DNA of 59,267 nucleotides from an uncultured Clostridiaceae bacterium (GTDB lineage Bacteria; Bacillota_I; Bacilli_A; RFN20; CAG-288): NCBI GenBank assembly GCA_964427595.1, contig CAYRUQ010000005.1, positions 1 to 59,267 of the forward strand, read 5' to 3'. Shown piece by piece: positions 11,005 to 19,435 of this stretch (position 1 is its first letter; each line of letters starts with the position of its first letter). The notes under the pieces were generated by a model. It saw only the letters and a program-made list of their open reading frames with translations, ran no database searches and was not told where the DNA came from. The position numbers and the translations under genes were made by a program.

Positions 11005-12168
11005 TTAGGCGTTAGGATCAGTGAAGGAGAAATAAAGAGCGTTGTCATTGAAGTAATAGGTGACTTCCTCACCATAAGCATCGATGACATCTTGTTTTTC
11101 ATTAGCGTAAATCTTCTGTCCTTCACTTTGAGCGGGAAGTTCGACAGGATAACCTTGATCAGGATCAGTAGTATTGATTGAAATGTTATAACCACCGGCT
11201 AAAGAATAAGAATCAAGAATGACATCTTCAGCTTCATTTAAAGTGACGGCAGTATAACCATCCTCACTATTTCCAATAGTGCTATCTCCGATGGTAGAGA
11301 CGATTTCTGTTCCTAAGTTCATCGTGTAACCATAAGTGACAGTGGTCTTAATCTGCTCATAAGAACCATCATCATAGGTTAAGATTTGATATACATCAGC
11401 GACATAAGAACCATCGCCATAAGAAGCGGGCATCGTAAAGACAGAATTGAGTTGATTCCAATTAACAGTAGAAGGAGCGATGCTAGAGACATCACCAGAA
11501 GCAGTGGTAACAGTAGTGATGGTGGTGCTAGTCTCATCTAAAGGATCAGTGAAGGAGAAGACATTCTTTCCATCTTCAAGATAGACGACATAACCGGTGC
11601 CAGAATAATCGATGACATCCTGTTTTTCACTGGCATAAATCTTCTCGCCTTCGCTCTTAGCAGGGAGTTCGACAGGATAACCTTGGTCAGGATCAGCAGT
11701 ATTGATAGAGATGGAATAACCACCAGCTAAAGAGAAAGAATTGACGATCAATTCACTAGCAGCATTTAAGGTGACTTGAGTGTAACCATCTTCACTTGTT
11801 CCAGTCTCGTAAGTTCCATAAACGATAGTGGAAGAAGTGCCTAAGTTCATCGAATAACCATAAGTTAATAGGGTGGTGGTCATACGATAGAGATTTCCTT
11901 CAAACAAGAGAAGCTGATAAGCGGTGGTGTTATAACTACCATCACCATAATCTCCATCAGTGATTTCAGAATAGGCGTAAGAATCGATAATAGCGACATC
12001 CTCGATCTCTTCTGTCGTACTGCTAGTTTCTGTGACAGAAGAAGTGGAAGAAGTCTCAGCGGAAGTTTGACTAGAGATAGGATCAGTAGAACTATCATCA
12101 GTTGTCGTACAGCTGACTAAGCCACCAAAGAGAAGAAGAGTAGCTAACGGAAATAAAATTTTTTTCAT
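11005..12168 (-). CDS. Acidic lipoprotein with a tandem duplication of an unknown 136-aa domain
   Basis: Start moved to ATG 12168 (RBS AAGGAGG); signal peptide MKKILFPLATLLLFGGLVS-C; S/T linker; two YGDGSY...FSFTDP units. Confidence 0.85.
   Translation of the reverse strand: MKKILFPLATLLLFGGLVSCTTTDDSSTDPISSQTSAETSSTSSVTETSSTTEEIEDVAIIDSYAYSEITDGDYGDGSYNTTAYQLLLFEGNLYRMTTTLLTYGYSMNLGTSSTIVYGTYETGTSEDGYTQVTLNAASELIVNSFSLAGGYSISINTADPDQGYPVELPAKSEGEKIYASEKQDVIDYSGTGYVVYLEDGKNVFSFTDPLDETSTTITTVTTASGDVSSIAPSTVNWNQLNSVFTMPASYGDGSYVADVYQILTYDDGSYEQIKTTVTYGYTMNLGTEIVSTIGDSTIGNSEDGYTAVTLNEAEDVILDSYSLAGGYNISINTTDPDQGYPVELPAQSEGQKIYANEKQDVIDAYGEEVTYYFNDNALYFSFTDPNA
11014..11949. repeat. Intragenic direct repeat: two 408-nt units (11014-11421 and 11542-11949)
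   Basis: Identical 18-mer AGGATCAGTGAAGGAGAA at 11014 and 11542; shared DPDQGYPVELPA, EKQDVID, SLAGGY, YGYxMNLGT. Confidence 0.9.
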
Positions 12169-12181
12169 AATATCCTCCTTA

Positions 12182-12220
12182 TGAAAGCGGTAAACAGAAC
12201 ATAAAGCAAAAGCCCTTTCA
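12182..12220 (-). promoter_or_regulatory. Two cre/LacI-like boxes at the promoter of the lipoprotein-GH3-A operon
   Basis: TGAAAGCGGTAAAC (12182-12195) and TGAAAGGGCTTTTG (minus strand, 12207-12220); candidate promoter TTGGTG-17-TATGTT spans the second box. Confidence 0.45.
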
Positions 12221-12369
12221 CACCAAATAATTGGCACGGAAGGCCATTTTTTAGGCATACTTATCCATTTCTAGTTCACATTTGATATGAAAAACAGAAA
12301 TTCAAAACAGCCTTAATTTAAAAGGCTTACAATCAGTTTCAACTTGAAAAATTAGATTTTGAAGCAAAG

Positions 12370-12400
12370 AAAAAATCGTGAACTTTCGCCCACGATTTTT
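12370..12400 (-). terminator. Intrinsic terminator after the lipoprotein at 12420-14081
   Basis: Minus strand AAAAATCGTGGGC-GAAA-GTTCACGATTTTTT. Confidence 0.85.
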
Positions 12401-12419
12401 CCTCTAATAACCAAATTGA

Positions 12420-14081
12420 TTAGATGAGTGTTCCGGTGAATTCCACCAAATCACCTTTAGTCATCGTATATTTGTAATAGAAACCTTCATTGACTTCTTC
12501 GACATCCGCATTGGTGACGAAATCATCAACAATTTTGATTGAAACTTTATAACTATTGTCATAGTAAACAGTTTCACCTATTGCAAATTTACAATCATAG
12601 TTGAATACGATTTCGATAGTATCTCCAGATTTAGTAGCACTGACTTTTTCAGCATCATACTCCCAATAAGTCCAAAGAACATTAGAAGTAAAGCCATAGG
12701 TAAGGACATAACTGATAGCTTCTGTGATATAGGTGTCGCTTGTAAAAGCTGCAGCAGATAAATAATAATCTAAAGAGGAAACATAAGCAGAACTAATAAC
12801 ATATCTTGAAACATTTCCAGCAGAATCCTGAGTAGCAACTTCTACACCTTCTGCTAAAGCGTGATACTGTGTCTTAGAAGTTACATCAGCGATTGAAACA
12901 TCATCAAATGTATAAGTAGACTCGATGATTTTAATATTATCAAGATACCTATTGGTTTGTTGTGTTAACTTAGCAGCACCTAGATCTTCCCAAGTGACAG
13001 AATCATAAACACTTAAGATATAGGCATCAGTTGTTGAACTAATCGTACCTTCAGTATAGGCATCGATATTATCTAAAATTTGGAAAACAGTATCATCATC
13101 AATATCACCGTCGGCGATATTTTCGACGACTTCAGCAGGAGCGTCGTAGATACGATCAGGAGCGATAGCATCAAAATCAAATGGCTCTACATCACCAGTG
13201 AGAGGATCTCCATACTCGATTTCACTTACTTTATAATAGTAATAGCTATTAGCACCAACATCGAGATCATCTCCTTCATAACCCATATCGTAGATTGCCA
13301 TCATAAACGAAAGAGAGACGATTTCAGTTCCATCAGGAGTGACTTCAAGTGTAGCTTCTCCAATCTCATGACCGTACCAACCTTCTTCAGGTGCATCAGC
13401 TGAAACTGTGCAGACGATATTTCCATCATCATTGATATAGGTTGAAAATTCTTCAACTGTGAAATCGTAAGAGGAAGGCCACATAGAATCAGGTGTGACA
13501 AGTCCAATAGTCACATTACTGACAACATTATCTAACGAAGCAAGACCATTAGCTTTAAGGTCAATATACATGTTGTTCTCATGGTATTCGACATAATCAG
13601 TATCATCTGAAATGCCTTGAACACCACGAAGATAGTAATCGTCATTGAGAACATAAGAAGCATAACGACCATCAGCGCTAGTATCACTAGCTTTGGAAGT
13701 GACACTTTCGATATCACTATAAATCGTCAACTCAGAATCGAAAGCATTCTCATAGATGTCAAACTTAATCAGTTCTAAACTGTTATTGTAGATTGTGCCA
13801 TCGATATAGCTGTCACTATAGACTCTTTCTAAGTAGGTGTATCCATTGACGGAAGCAGCAGCAAGATCAGAAAGCAAAACCTCAACATCTTCGACAGTGA
13901 GTTCAACAGGGTCAACAACTACCTCTACGCTGGAACTCGAATCGACTACAGAAGAAGTTTCGACAGATGAGGAATCAGTATCGGGTGAGGAAGTTACAGA
14001 AGAATCTTCCAAAGCCCAATCACATCCTACTAATCCCAAAAGGGCGAGTGGCATAGTAAGCCACAGATGTTTGTGTCTCAT
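12420..14081 (-). CDS. Large, very acidic lipoprotein of unknown function
   Basis: Start ATG 14081 behind AAAAGGAG; lipobox LALLGLVG-C; S-rich linker; no recognised family motif. Confidence 0.8.
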   Translation of the reverse strand: MRHKHLWLTMPLALLGLVGCDWALEDSSVTSSPDTDSSSVETSSVVDSSSSVEVVVDPVELTVEDVEVLLSDLAAASVNGYTYLERVYSDSYIDGTIYNNSLELIKFDIYENAFDSELTIYSDIESVTSKASDTSADGRYASYVLNDDYYLRGVQGISDDTDYVEYHENNMYIDLKANGLASLDNVVSNVTIGLVTPDSMWPSSYDFTVEEFSTYINDDGNIVCTVSADAPEEGWYGHEIGEATLEVTPDGTEIVSLSFMMAIYDMGYEGDDLDVGANSYYYYKVSEIEYGDPLTGDVEPFDFDAIAPDRIYDAPAEVVENIADGDIDDDTVFQILDNIDAYTEGTISSTTDAYILSVYDSVTWEDLGAAKLTQQTNRYLDNIKIIESTYTFDDVSIADVTSKTQYHALAEGVEVATQDSAGNVSRYVISSAYVSSLDYYLSAAAFTSDTYITEAISYVLTYGFTSNVLWTYWEYDAEKVSATKSGDTIEIVFNYDCKFAIGETVYYDNSYKVSIKIVDDFVTNADVEEVNEGFYYKYTMTKGDLVEFTGTLI

Positions 14082-14187
14082 AAGTATCTCCTTTTTGTGC
14101 CTCAAGTATAGCAAAGGGCCTTTTTAGCCCAAAAAGAGGGGATATGAACTTATGAGAGTTTAAAAAATCAAATTTTGTCTACTAGAA

Positions 14188-14226
14188 TGTTGAAATTTCA
14201 ACAAATTCTTTGTTTATAACAAAGAA
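14188..14226. repeat. Two adjacent inverted repeats (candidate operators)
   Basis: Perfect palindrome TGTTGAAATTTCAACA (14188-14203) and TTCTTTGTT-tat-AACAAAGAA (14206-14226). Confidence 0.6.
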
Positions 14227-14280
14227 ACCATCAGTAAACTGAAAAAATAGCTTTAAAAACACTATTCAAATAAAATTTCG

Positions 14281-14294
14281 TGAAAACGCTTTAA
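14281..14294. promoter_or_regulatory. cre-like box
   Basis: TGAAAACGCTTTAA, one mismatch to TGWAARCGYTWNCW. Confidence 0.5.
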
Positions 14295-14352
14295 AATAGT
14301 GTTTTACAGGAATTTTGCCTATTAAATTGAAAGTTATTGATTTAAAAAAACA

Positions 14353-14724
14353 CTAATCTAGCTCGTAAAAAGCGTCGATACAAATAACAGTCTCTTCTCT
14401 CCTTAAATTGAAAAGAGACATGATTTTGCTGATGAGTTCTTTATTAGTTATCACTCTTCTGCAGGAACAAACTTGAAATTTTTGACATTCAAAATTATAT
14501 GATACTCTTCCTCTTGGACAGAATAAGAAACCATTACTAGTCGACTTATATTTTTCTTTGGATTCTAGTGAACAATTTTGAATTACAGACTTGACTAAAT
14601 CTTGATGAAAGAATTCGCCAGCATCATCAGAAATAATATCCTTTTCTTTAGAGAAATCGACGTCCCTACTTCGGTAATAAATATTGTCGTCTATAATCTC
14701 AAAAATTCCTACTTGTCCATTCAT
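14353..14724 (-). CDS. Hypothetical protein (123 aa, PRGRV motif)
   Basis: AT-rich ORF with its own extended -10 TGcCATAAT (minus strand, 14768-14776); FCPRGRVSYN motif; no function assignable. Confidence 0.65.
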   Translation of the reverse strand: MNGQVGIFEIIDDNIYYRSRDVDFSKEKDIISDDAGEFFHQDLVKSVIQNCSLESKEKYKSTSNGFLFCPRGRVSYNFECQKFQVCSCRRVITNKELISKIMSLFNLRREETVICIDAFYELD

Positions 14725-14881
14725 TTTTAAATATTCTCTCTTTCAACAACTTCTGAGTAGTAAGACAATTATGGCAATTTCATTAGCCTTAAAATTTTAA
14801 ATGTATACAATTTCTGTCCGTTTTCTTACTCATAAGGAATTTTGACATGGTTTAGCCTTGATAACTAACTATAATGTGGTT

Positions 14882-15074
14882 GTACCTCACTTTTCTTAAT
14901 TTGTTTTGTTCATTTTTTTACCTTTCTGCCCTCAAAGTGCTTGAGCCTCCTGAGCTACTTTGAGATTAGTCGTTCTGAAGAAACAAAGTAGTTTCCTTTC
15001 CTATTTTGTTTCTTTATTTTCTTTCTAAAAATGCCTTATTACTTGTTACCCGTGCAAGTGAATAAGGCATTTTT
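14882..15074 (+). ncRNA. Candidate small regulatory RNA with several anti-SD motifs
   Basis: TATAAT at 14870-14875; SL1 14931-14964 with loop AGCCUCC; SL2 14977-15015 with loop UUUCCUUUC; G-U pairs favour the + strand; ends in a terminator; no SD-led ORF. The 5' end is estimated. Confidence 0.6.
15027..15074. terminator. Bidirectional intrinsic terminator
   Basis: AAAAATGCCTTATT-ACTTG...CAAGT-g-AATAAGGCATTTTT. Confidence 0.9.
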
Positions 15075-15095
15075 GTATCTAGATTTTTATTAAAA

Positions 15096-15896
15096 CTATT
15101 TGCTACTCACATATCGATCATGTTCTTGAATCACACTATTAGGCACTTGACCTTCGGCGCATCTATAGAGTTTGTTGTAATACAGATTAATATAGTCTTC
15201 ATCTAGTTTTTCTCGATTGTTGGTTATAATCTCTGTGATTTCCTGAACCACTTCATCAAGTTTAAGAACTAAGTAGTCCTCCGCTGTTTGGTCAATATCT
15301 AAATGGCAATTGTTGTTATCAAACACGATAACCGAATAGAAGATATTTTCGTCTTCTCCTAAAAAGTCAGCTAAAGCAGTAATGTGTTTGTCGTTTTGTA
15401 ATATAGGATTTTCAAATTCATTATTGTCATCACCTAATTCTTGTTTCCATTTTTCATCATACGCAGCGCCTGATATAAATCCATGTCTAGCTTTAGCTTC
15501 AAAAACAAAGATACCAACTCGAGTGATTAATATCGTATCAATCTCAACTGGATATCCATTAGGTAGAGGAACATAACAATTTCGAAGAAGCTTCTTAGGT
15601 TCAGGTATAGAATACAATTTTCGATAAAGTCGACTCTCAAAATAACTACCGCTGTTATAGTCTCGATCCCAAAAATCATCATCACGATTGATAGGAGTGC
15701 TACTTGGAAAATCATATTTTCGTCTTTTAGGGATGAAATAATCAGGTTCTTGTGTTTTAGTTTTGCTTTTATCAGAAGACTTTGTATCTGATTTACGTTT
15801 CTTTCGAGTACAAAAATAGACAATCAAAAAGATGATTAAAAATAAACCAATAAAGACCAAAAGGCTTATTAAGATAATCAGTACCGGTTTGATCAT
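15096..15896 (-). CDS. Membrane-anchored NERD-domain (PD-(D/E)XK-like nuclease-related) protein
   Basis: N-terminal TM followed by a basic stretch; EIDTILITRVGIFVFEAK, FENPILQNDKH. Confidence 0.85.
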   Translation of the reverse strand: MIKPVLIILISLLVFIGLFLIIFLIVYFCTRKKRKSDTKSSDKSKTKTQEPDYFIPKRRKYDFPSSTPINRDDDFWDRDYNSGSYFESRLYRKLYSIPEPKKLLRNCYVPLPNGYPVEIDTILITRVGIFVFEAKARHGFISGAAYDEKWKQELGDDNNEFENPILQNDKHITALADFLGEDENIFYSVIVFDNNNCHLDIDQTAEDYLVLKLDEVVQEITEIITNNREKLDEDYINLYYNKLYRCAEGQVPNSVIQEHDRYVSSK

Positions 15897-15974
15897 ATTA
15901 CAATTCTAAATCAGTTGATAAGACACAAAAAAGCAGAAATCATCTAAATCCTAAAAATATTGAATAAAAGATAC

Positions 15975-16002
15975 AAAAAAGCCTAGCATCTTTTTGCCAG
16001 GC
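15975..16002 (-). terminator. Terminator of the adhE operon
   Basis: Minus strand GCCTGGCA-aaaaga-TGCTAGGC-TTTTTT. Confidence 0.8.
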
Positions 16003-16018
16003 CTAAGAGTTAGAAAGT

Positions 16019-16789
16019 TTAGATATAGTCGACAACGTTGATGTTTTTCATCAACATCTCACGCTTAGCTTCATCTTCAGTGGTGACAAGCTTAGTAGCA
16101 GAGACTACCGAGATCCACTGTTGGATGTACTGAATAGCGATATCAGATTTCTTGGAGAATTCTTTAAGATAAGTATCAGCTAACTTCTCATCATCTTGTA
16201 AGACCAAAAGGATGTAAGTCATAGCTGCATCAGCGGAAGAATTACCTCTGGTGCAGTGAGCCCAGTCGAGGATGTAGAACTTATCACCAACAGGGATGAT
16301 GTTATGAGGAACTAAATCACCATGGCAGACCTTGTAGTGGTTAGGCATATTTTCAAGACGGCTGTGGAGATCATATCTAGTGGAAGCATCAAGACCGGAA
16401 GCAGAGATATAGGCGTTTAATTTATCCTTGAGCTTAGGAAGCTTGAGGTTAGAGGAGTTATGAGAGAGAACTTCTAATTGAATCTGAATCAGTTTATTGA
16501 TGTACTTTTTCTTATCAGAAGGATTCTCTTGGATGAGTTCAGCTAAAGTCTTTCCTTTGATCTCTTCGCTAGAGAGGGCGAAGTCTTCGCCGACTGGGAA
16601 GACATTTAAGACTTTAGGAACATTAAAGCCGATTTCAAGCGCATAAGCTTGATTCATGGCTTCTCTTAAAACATCGCTAGCTGAGTAGTAGTTATGATCA
16701 TAAACCTTGGTGATGACACCTTCCTTACGATAGATTTTCTTGTGGTTTCTGGTGAGGAAGAGTTCACCTAAATCCTTAACATTAGCCAT
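16019..16789 (-). CDS. APH/choline-kinase-fold phosphotransferase
   Basis: Brenner motif CHGDLVPHNII, ILDWAH, ITKVY lysine. Confidence 0.85.
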   Translation of the reverse strand: MANVKDLGELFLTRNHKKIYRKEGVITKVYDHNYYSASDVLREAMNQAYALEIGFNVPKVLNVFPVGEDFALSSEEIKGKTLAELIQENPSDKKKYINKLIQIQLEVLSHNSSNLKLPKLKDKLNAYISASGLDASTRYDLHSRLENMPNHYKVCHGDLVPHNIIPVGDKFYILDWAHCTRGNSSADAAMTYILLVLQDDEKLADTYLKEFSKKSDIAIQYIQQWISVVSATKLVTTEDEAKREMLMKNINVVDYI

Positions 16790-16810
16790 TATTTCAATAC
16801 CTCTTTTCCA

Positions 16811-19435
16811 TCATTTAGAGTGCTTTTTAGCATATTCACTCTCACCGTAATAAGTTTTGAGATAGATCTCTTTAATCTCAGAGATAAGAGGATATCTGGG
16901 GTTAGCACCGGTGCATTGATCGTTGAAAGCATCTTCAGACATCTGGTCGAGGGTGGCGAGGAAGTCTTCTTCTTTAACACCAGCTTCTTTAATAGTCATA
17001 GGAAGTTCGATCTCTCTCTTCAAATCATCGATCTTAGCGAGGAGTTTCTCAAACTTATCTTCATCATTTTTACCACTTATGCCTAAAGATTCAGCGATCT
17101 CAGCATATCTTCTTAAGGTGTGAGGATACTTATATTGAGGGAAAGTTCCCATCTTGGTAGGTTTCTCTCCTGCATTAAACTTCATGACTTCATCAAGCAT
17201 CAAGGAGACACAGAAACCATGAGGGAGATGATGATAAGCACCGAGTTTATGTCCGCAAGAGTGGCAGATGCCTAAGAAAGCATTAGCGAAGGACATACCG
17301 GCGATAGTAGCAGCATGAGCCATGTGTTCTCTAGCTTCCGGATCGGCACCTAAATTCTTATAAGCTCTAGGTAAGTACTGGAAGATCTCAGCGATAGCTT
17401 CTTTAGCTAAAGCATCAGTGAAAGGAGTAGCATACATAGAAGCATAAGCTTCGATGCTGTGAGTGAGAGCATCGATACCAGAAGCTTTGGTGAGACCCTT
17501 AGGGATAGTGAGCATCAAATCAGAATCGATGATAGCCATGTTAGGTAAGAGTTCATAATCGGTGATAGGATACTTAGTTCCATCTTTCTCATCAGTGATG
17601 ACGGCAAAAGGAGTGACTTCACTACCGGTACCAGCAGTGGTAGGAACACAGACTAACATCGCTTTTTCACCCATCTTAGGGAAAGTAGCGACTCTCTTTC
17701 TAATATCCATGAAGTCCATAGCCATATCAGAGAAATCAACTTCAGGGTGCTCATAAAGAACCCACATGATCTTAGCAGCATCCATCGGTGAACCACCGCC
17801 TAAAGCGATGATGCAGTCAGGTTTGTAAGAGTTACAAAGTTTAGCACCTTCTTTAGCACAAGCTAAAGTAGGATCAGGTGCGACATCAGAGAAGACTTCG
17901 CATTGGATGCCGAGTCTAGTTAAAGGTTCAGAGACCTTCTTGCTCATGCCGGATTCATAGAGGAACTTATCGGTGACGATCAAAACTCTCTTCTTATCAT
18001 AGACTTTCTTCAGTTCCTCTAAAGCTGTCGCTAAACAGCCAGGCTTGAAGAAGATCTTATTAGGTGCTCTAAACCAAAGCATATTCTCTCTCCTTTTAGC
18101 AACTGTTTTGATGTTGATAAGATCATTGACACCGACATTATCAGAGACGGAATTACCACCCCATGAACCGCAACCTAAGGTGAGAGAGGGTTTAAGACGG
18201 AAGTTATAGATATCTCCGATACCACCCAAAGCGGAAGGAGTGTTGACTAAAAGACGGCAAGCTTTGAGTCGAGAAGCGAATTCTTGAATGTGATCTTTTC
18301 CTTTGATCTCATCAGCATAGATGTCAGCGGTGTGACCATATCCACCATCTTTGACTAATCTTTCAGCCTTATTTAAAGCATCAGCGAAATCTTCAGCTTT
18401 ATACATAGCTAAGACCGGGCAAAGTTTCTCGTGAGCGAATTCTTCAGAAGGATCAACCTTCTCGACTTCACCGATCAAAACCTTGGTGTCAGCAGGGACA
18501 GAGAAACCAGCCATCTCAGCGATAGTGGTAGCTTTCTGACCGACGATTTTAGCGTTGATACTACCATTGATGATGATCGTCTTTCTGATTTTATTAAGCT
18601 CATCTTTGCTTAAGAAATGAGCACCTCTGTTGATGAACTCGACTTTGAGTTCATCATAGATATCTTTTAAAGCGACGACTGATTGCTCAGAAGCACAGAT
18701 CATACCATTATCGAAAGTCTTGGAGTGGATGATTGAGGAAACAGCCATCTTGATATCGGCAGTACTATCGATGATCGTCGGAGCATTACCAGGGCCGACA
18801 CCGATAGCAGGTTTACCAGATGAATAAGCGGCGGTGACCATCCCAGGGCCACCGGTTGCTAAGATGCAATCACAAGACTTCATCAGTTGGTTGGATAATT
18901 GAATAGAAGGTTCTTCAATCCAAGCGATGATATCTTTAGGAGCACCAGCTTCAACAGCAGCGTCCAAGACGATTTTAGCAGCGTGAATCGTACAATTTTT
19001 AGCTCTAGGATGAGGTGAGAAGATGATGCCATTTCTCGTCTTTAAAGCTAAAAGAGATTTAAAGATAGCAGTAGCCGTAGGGTTGGTGGTAGGAACGATA
19101 CCAGCTAAGACGCCTAAAGGTTCAGCGATTTTCTCATAACCAGCATCATCGTCAGATTCGATGACTCCGCAAGTCTTAGTATCTCTGTAGGTGTTGTAGA
19201 TGTATTCAGCAGCGAAGTGATTCTTCATCACTTTATCTTCGACAATACCCATACCGGTCTCAGCAACAGCTTCTTTAGCGAGAGGAACTCTAGCTTTATT
19301 AGCAGCGATAGCAGCTGCTGCGAAGATGTGATCAACCTGTTCTTGTGTGAAAGTTGAATAAATCTGCTGGGCTTGACGAACTCTTTCGATGAGCTGTCCA
19401 AATTCACTAGCTTTTAACTTCTCTTCTTCTTCCAT
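16811..19435 (-). CDS. adhE: Bifunctional acetaldehyde-CoA/alcohol dehydrogenase
   Basis: ALDH half (PTTNPTAT, ATGGPGMV, MICASEQ), linker GCGSWGGNSVSDN, Fe-ADH half (GGGSPMDAAK, DALTHSIE, HSCGH). Confidence 0.98.
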   Translation of the reverse strand: MEEEEKLKASEFGQLIERVRQAQQIYSTFTQEQVDHIFAAAAIAANKARVPLAKEAVAETGMGIVEDKVMKNHFAAEYIYNTYRDTKTCGVIESDDDAGYEKIAEPLGVLAGIVPTTNPTATAIFKSLLALKTRNGIIFSPHPRAKNCTIHAAKIVLDAAVEAGAPKDIIAWIEEPSIQLSNQLMKSCDCILATGGPGMVTAAYSSGKPAIGVGPGNAPTIIDSTADIKMAVSSIIHSKTFDNGMICASEQSVVALKDIYDELKVEFINRGAHFLSKDELNKIRKTIIINGSINAKIVGQKATTIAEMAGFSVPADTKVLIGEVEKVDPSEEFAHEKLCPVLAMYKAEDFADALNKAERLVKDGGYGHTADIYADEIKGKDHIQEFASRLKACRLLVNTPSALGGIGDIYNFRLKPSLTLGCGSWGGNSVSDNVGVNDLINIKTVAKRRENMLWFRAPNKIFFKPGCLATALEELKKVYDKKRVLIVTDKFLYESGMSKKVSEPLTRLGIQCEVFSDVAPDPTLACAKEGAKLCNSYKPDCIIALGGGSPMDAAKIMWVLYEHPEVDFSDMAMDFMDIRKRVATFPKMGEKAMLVCVPTTAGTGSEVTPFAVITDEKDGTKYPITDYELLPNMAIIDSDLMLTIPKGLTKASGIDALTHSIEAYASMYATPFTDALAKEAIAEIFQYLPRAYKNLGADPEAREHMAHAATIAGMSFANAFLGICHSCGHKLGAYHHLPHGFCVSLMLDEVMKFNAGEKPTKMGTFPQYKYPHTLRRYAEIAESLGISGKNDEDKFEKLLAKIDDLKREIELPMTIKEAGVKEEDFLATLDQMSEDAFNDQCTGANPRYPLISEIKEIYLKTYYGESEYAKKHSK

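Noticed and set aside
14874-14963. 29-aa hydrophobic ORF MWLYLTFLNLFCSFFYLSALKVLEPPELL as a type I toxin
   Set aside because: Its ATG overlaps the -10 box, there is no SD, and any T-rich strand gives hydrophobic peptides; kept only as an alternative to the sRNA reading
14880-15010. Minus-strand SD-like motifs followed by 5-6 codon mini-ORFs, or a CsrB-like GGA sponge
   Set aside because: G-U pairs in both stems work only on the + strand, and minus-strand transcription should stop at the 15027-15074 terminator
16019-16789. Aminoglycoside resistance gene
   Set aside because: Only the general kinase fold is evident; the context is a chromosomal adhE operon with no mobile element
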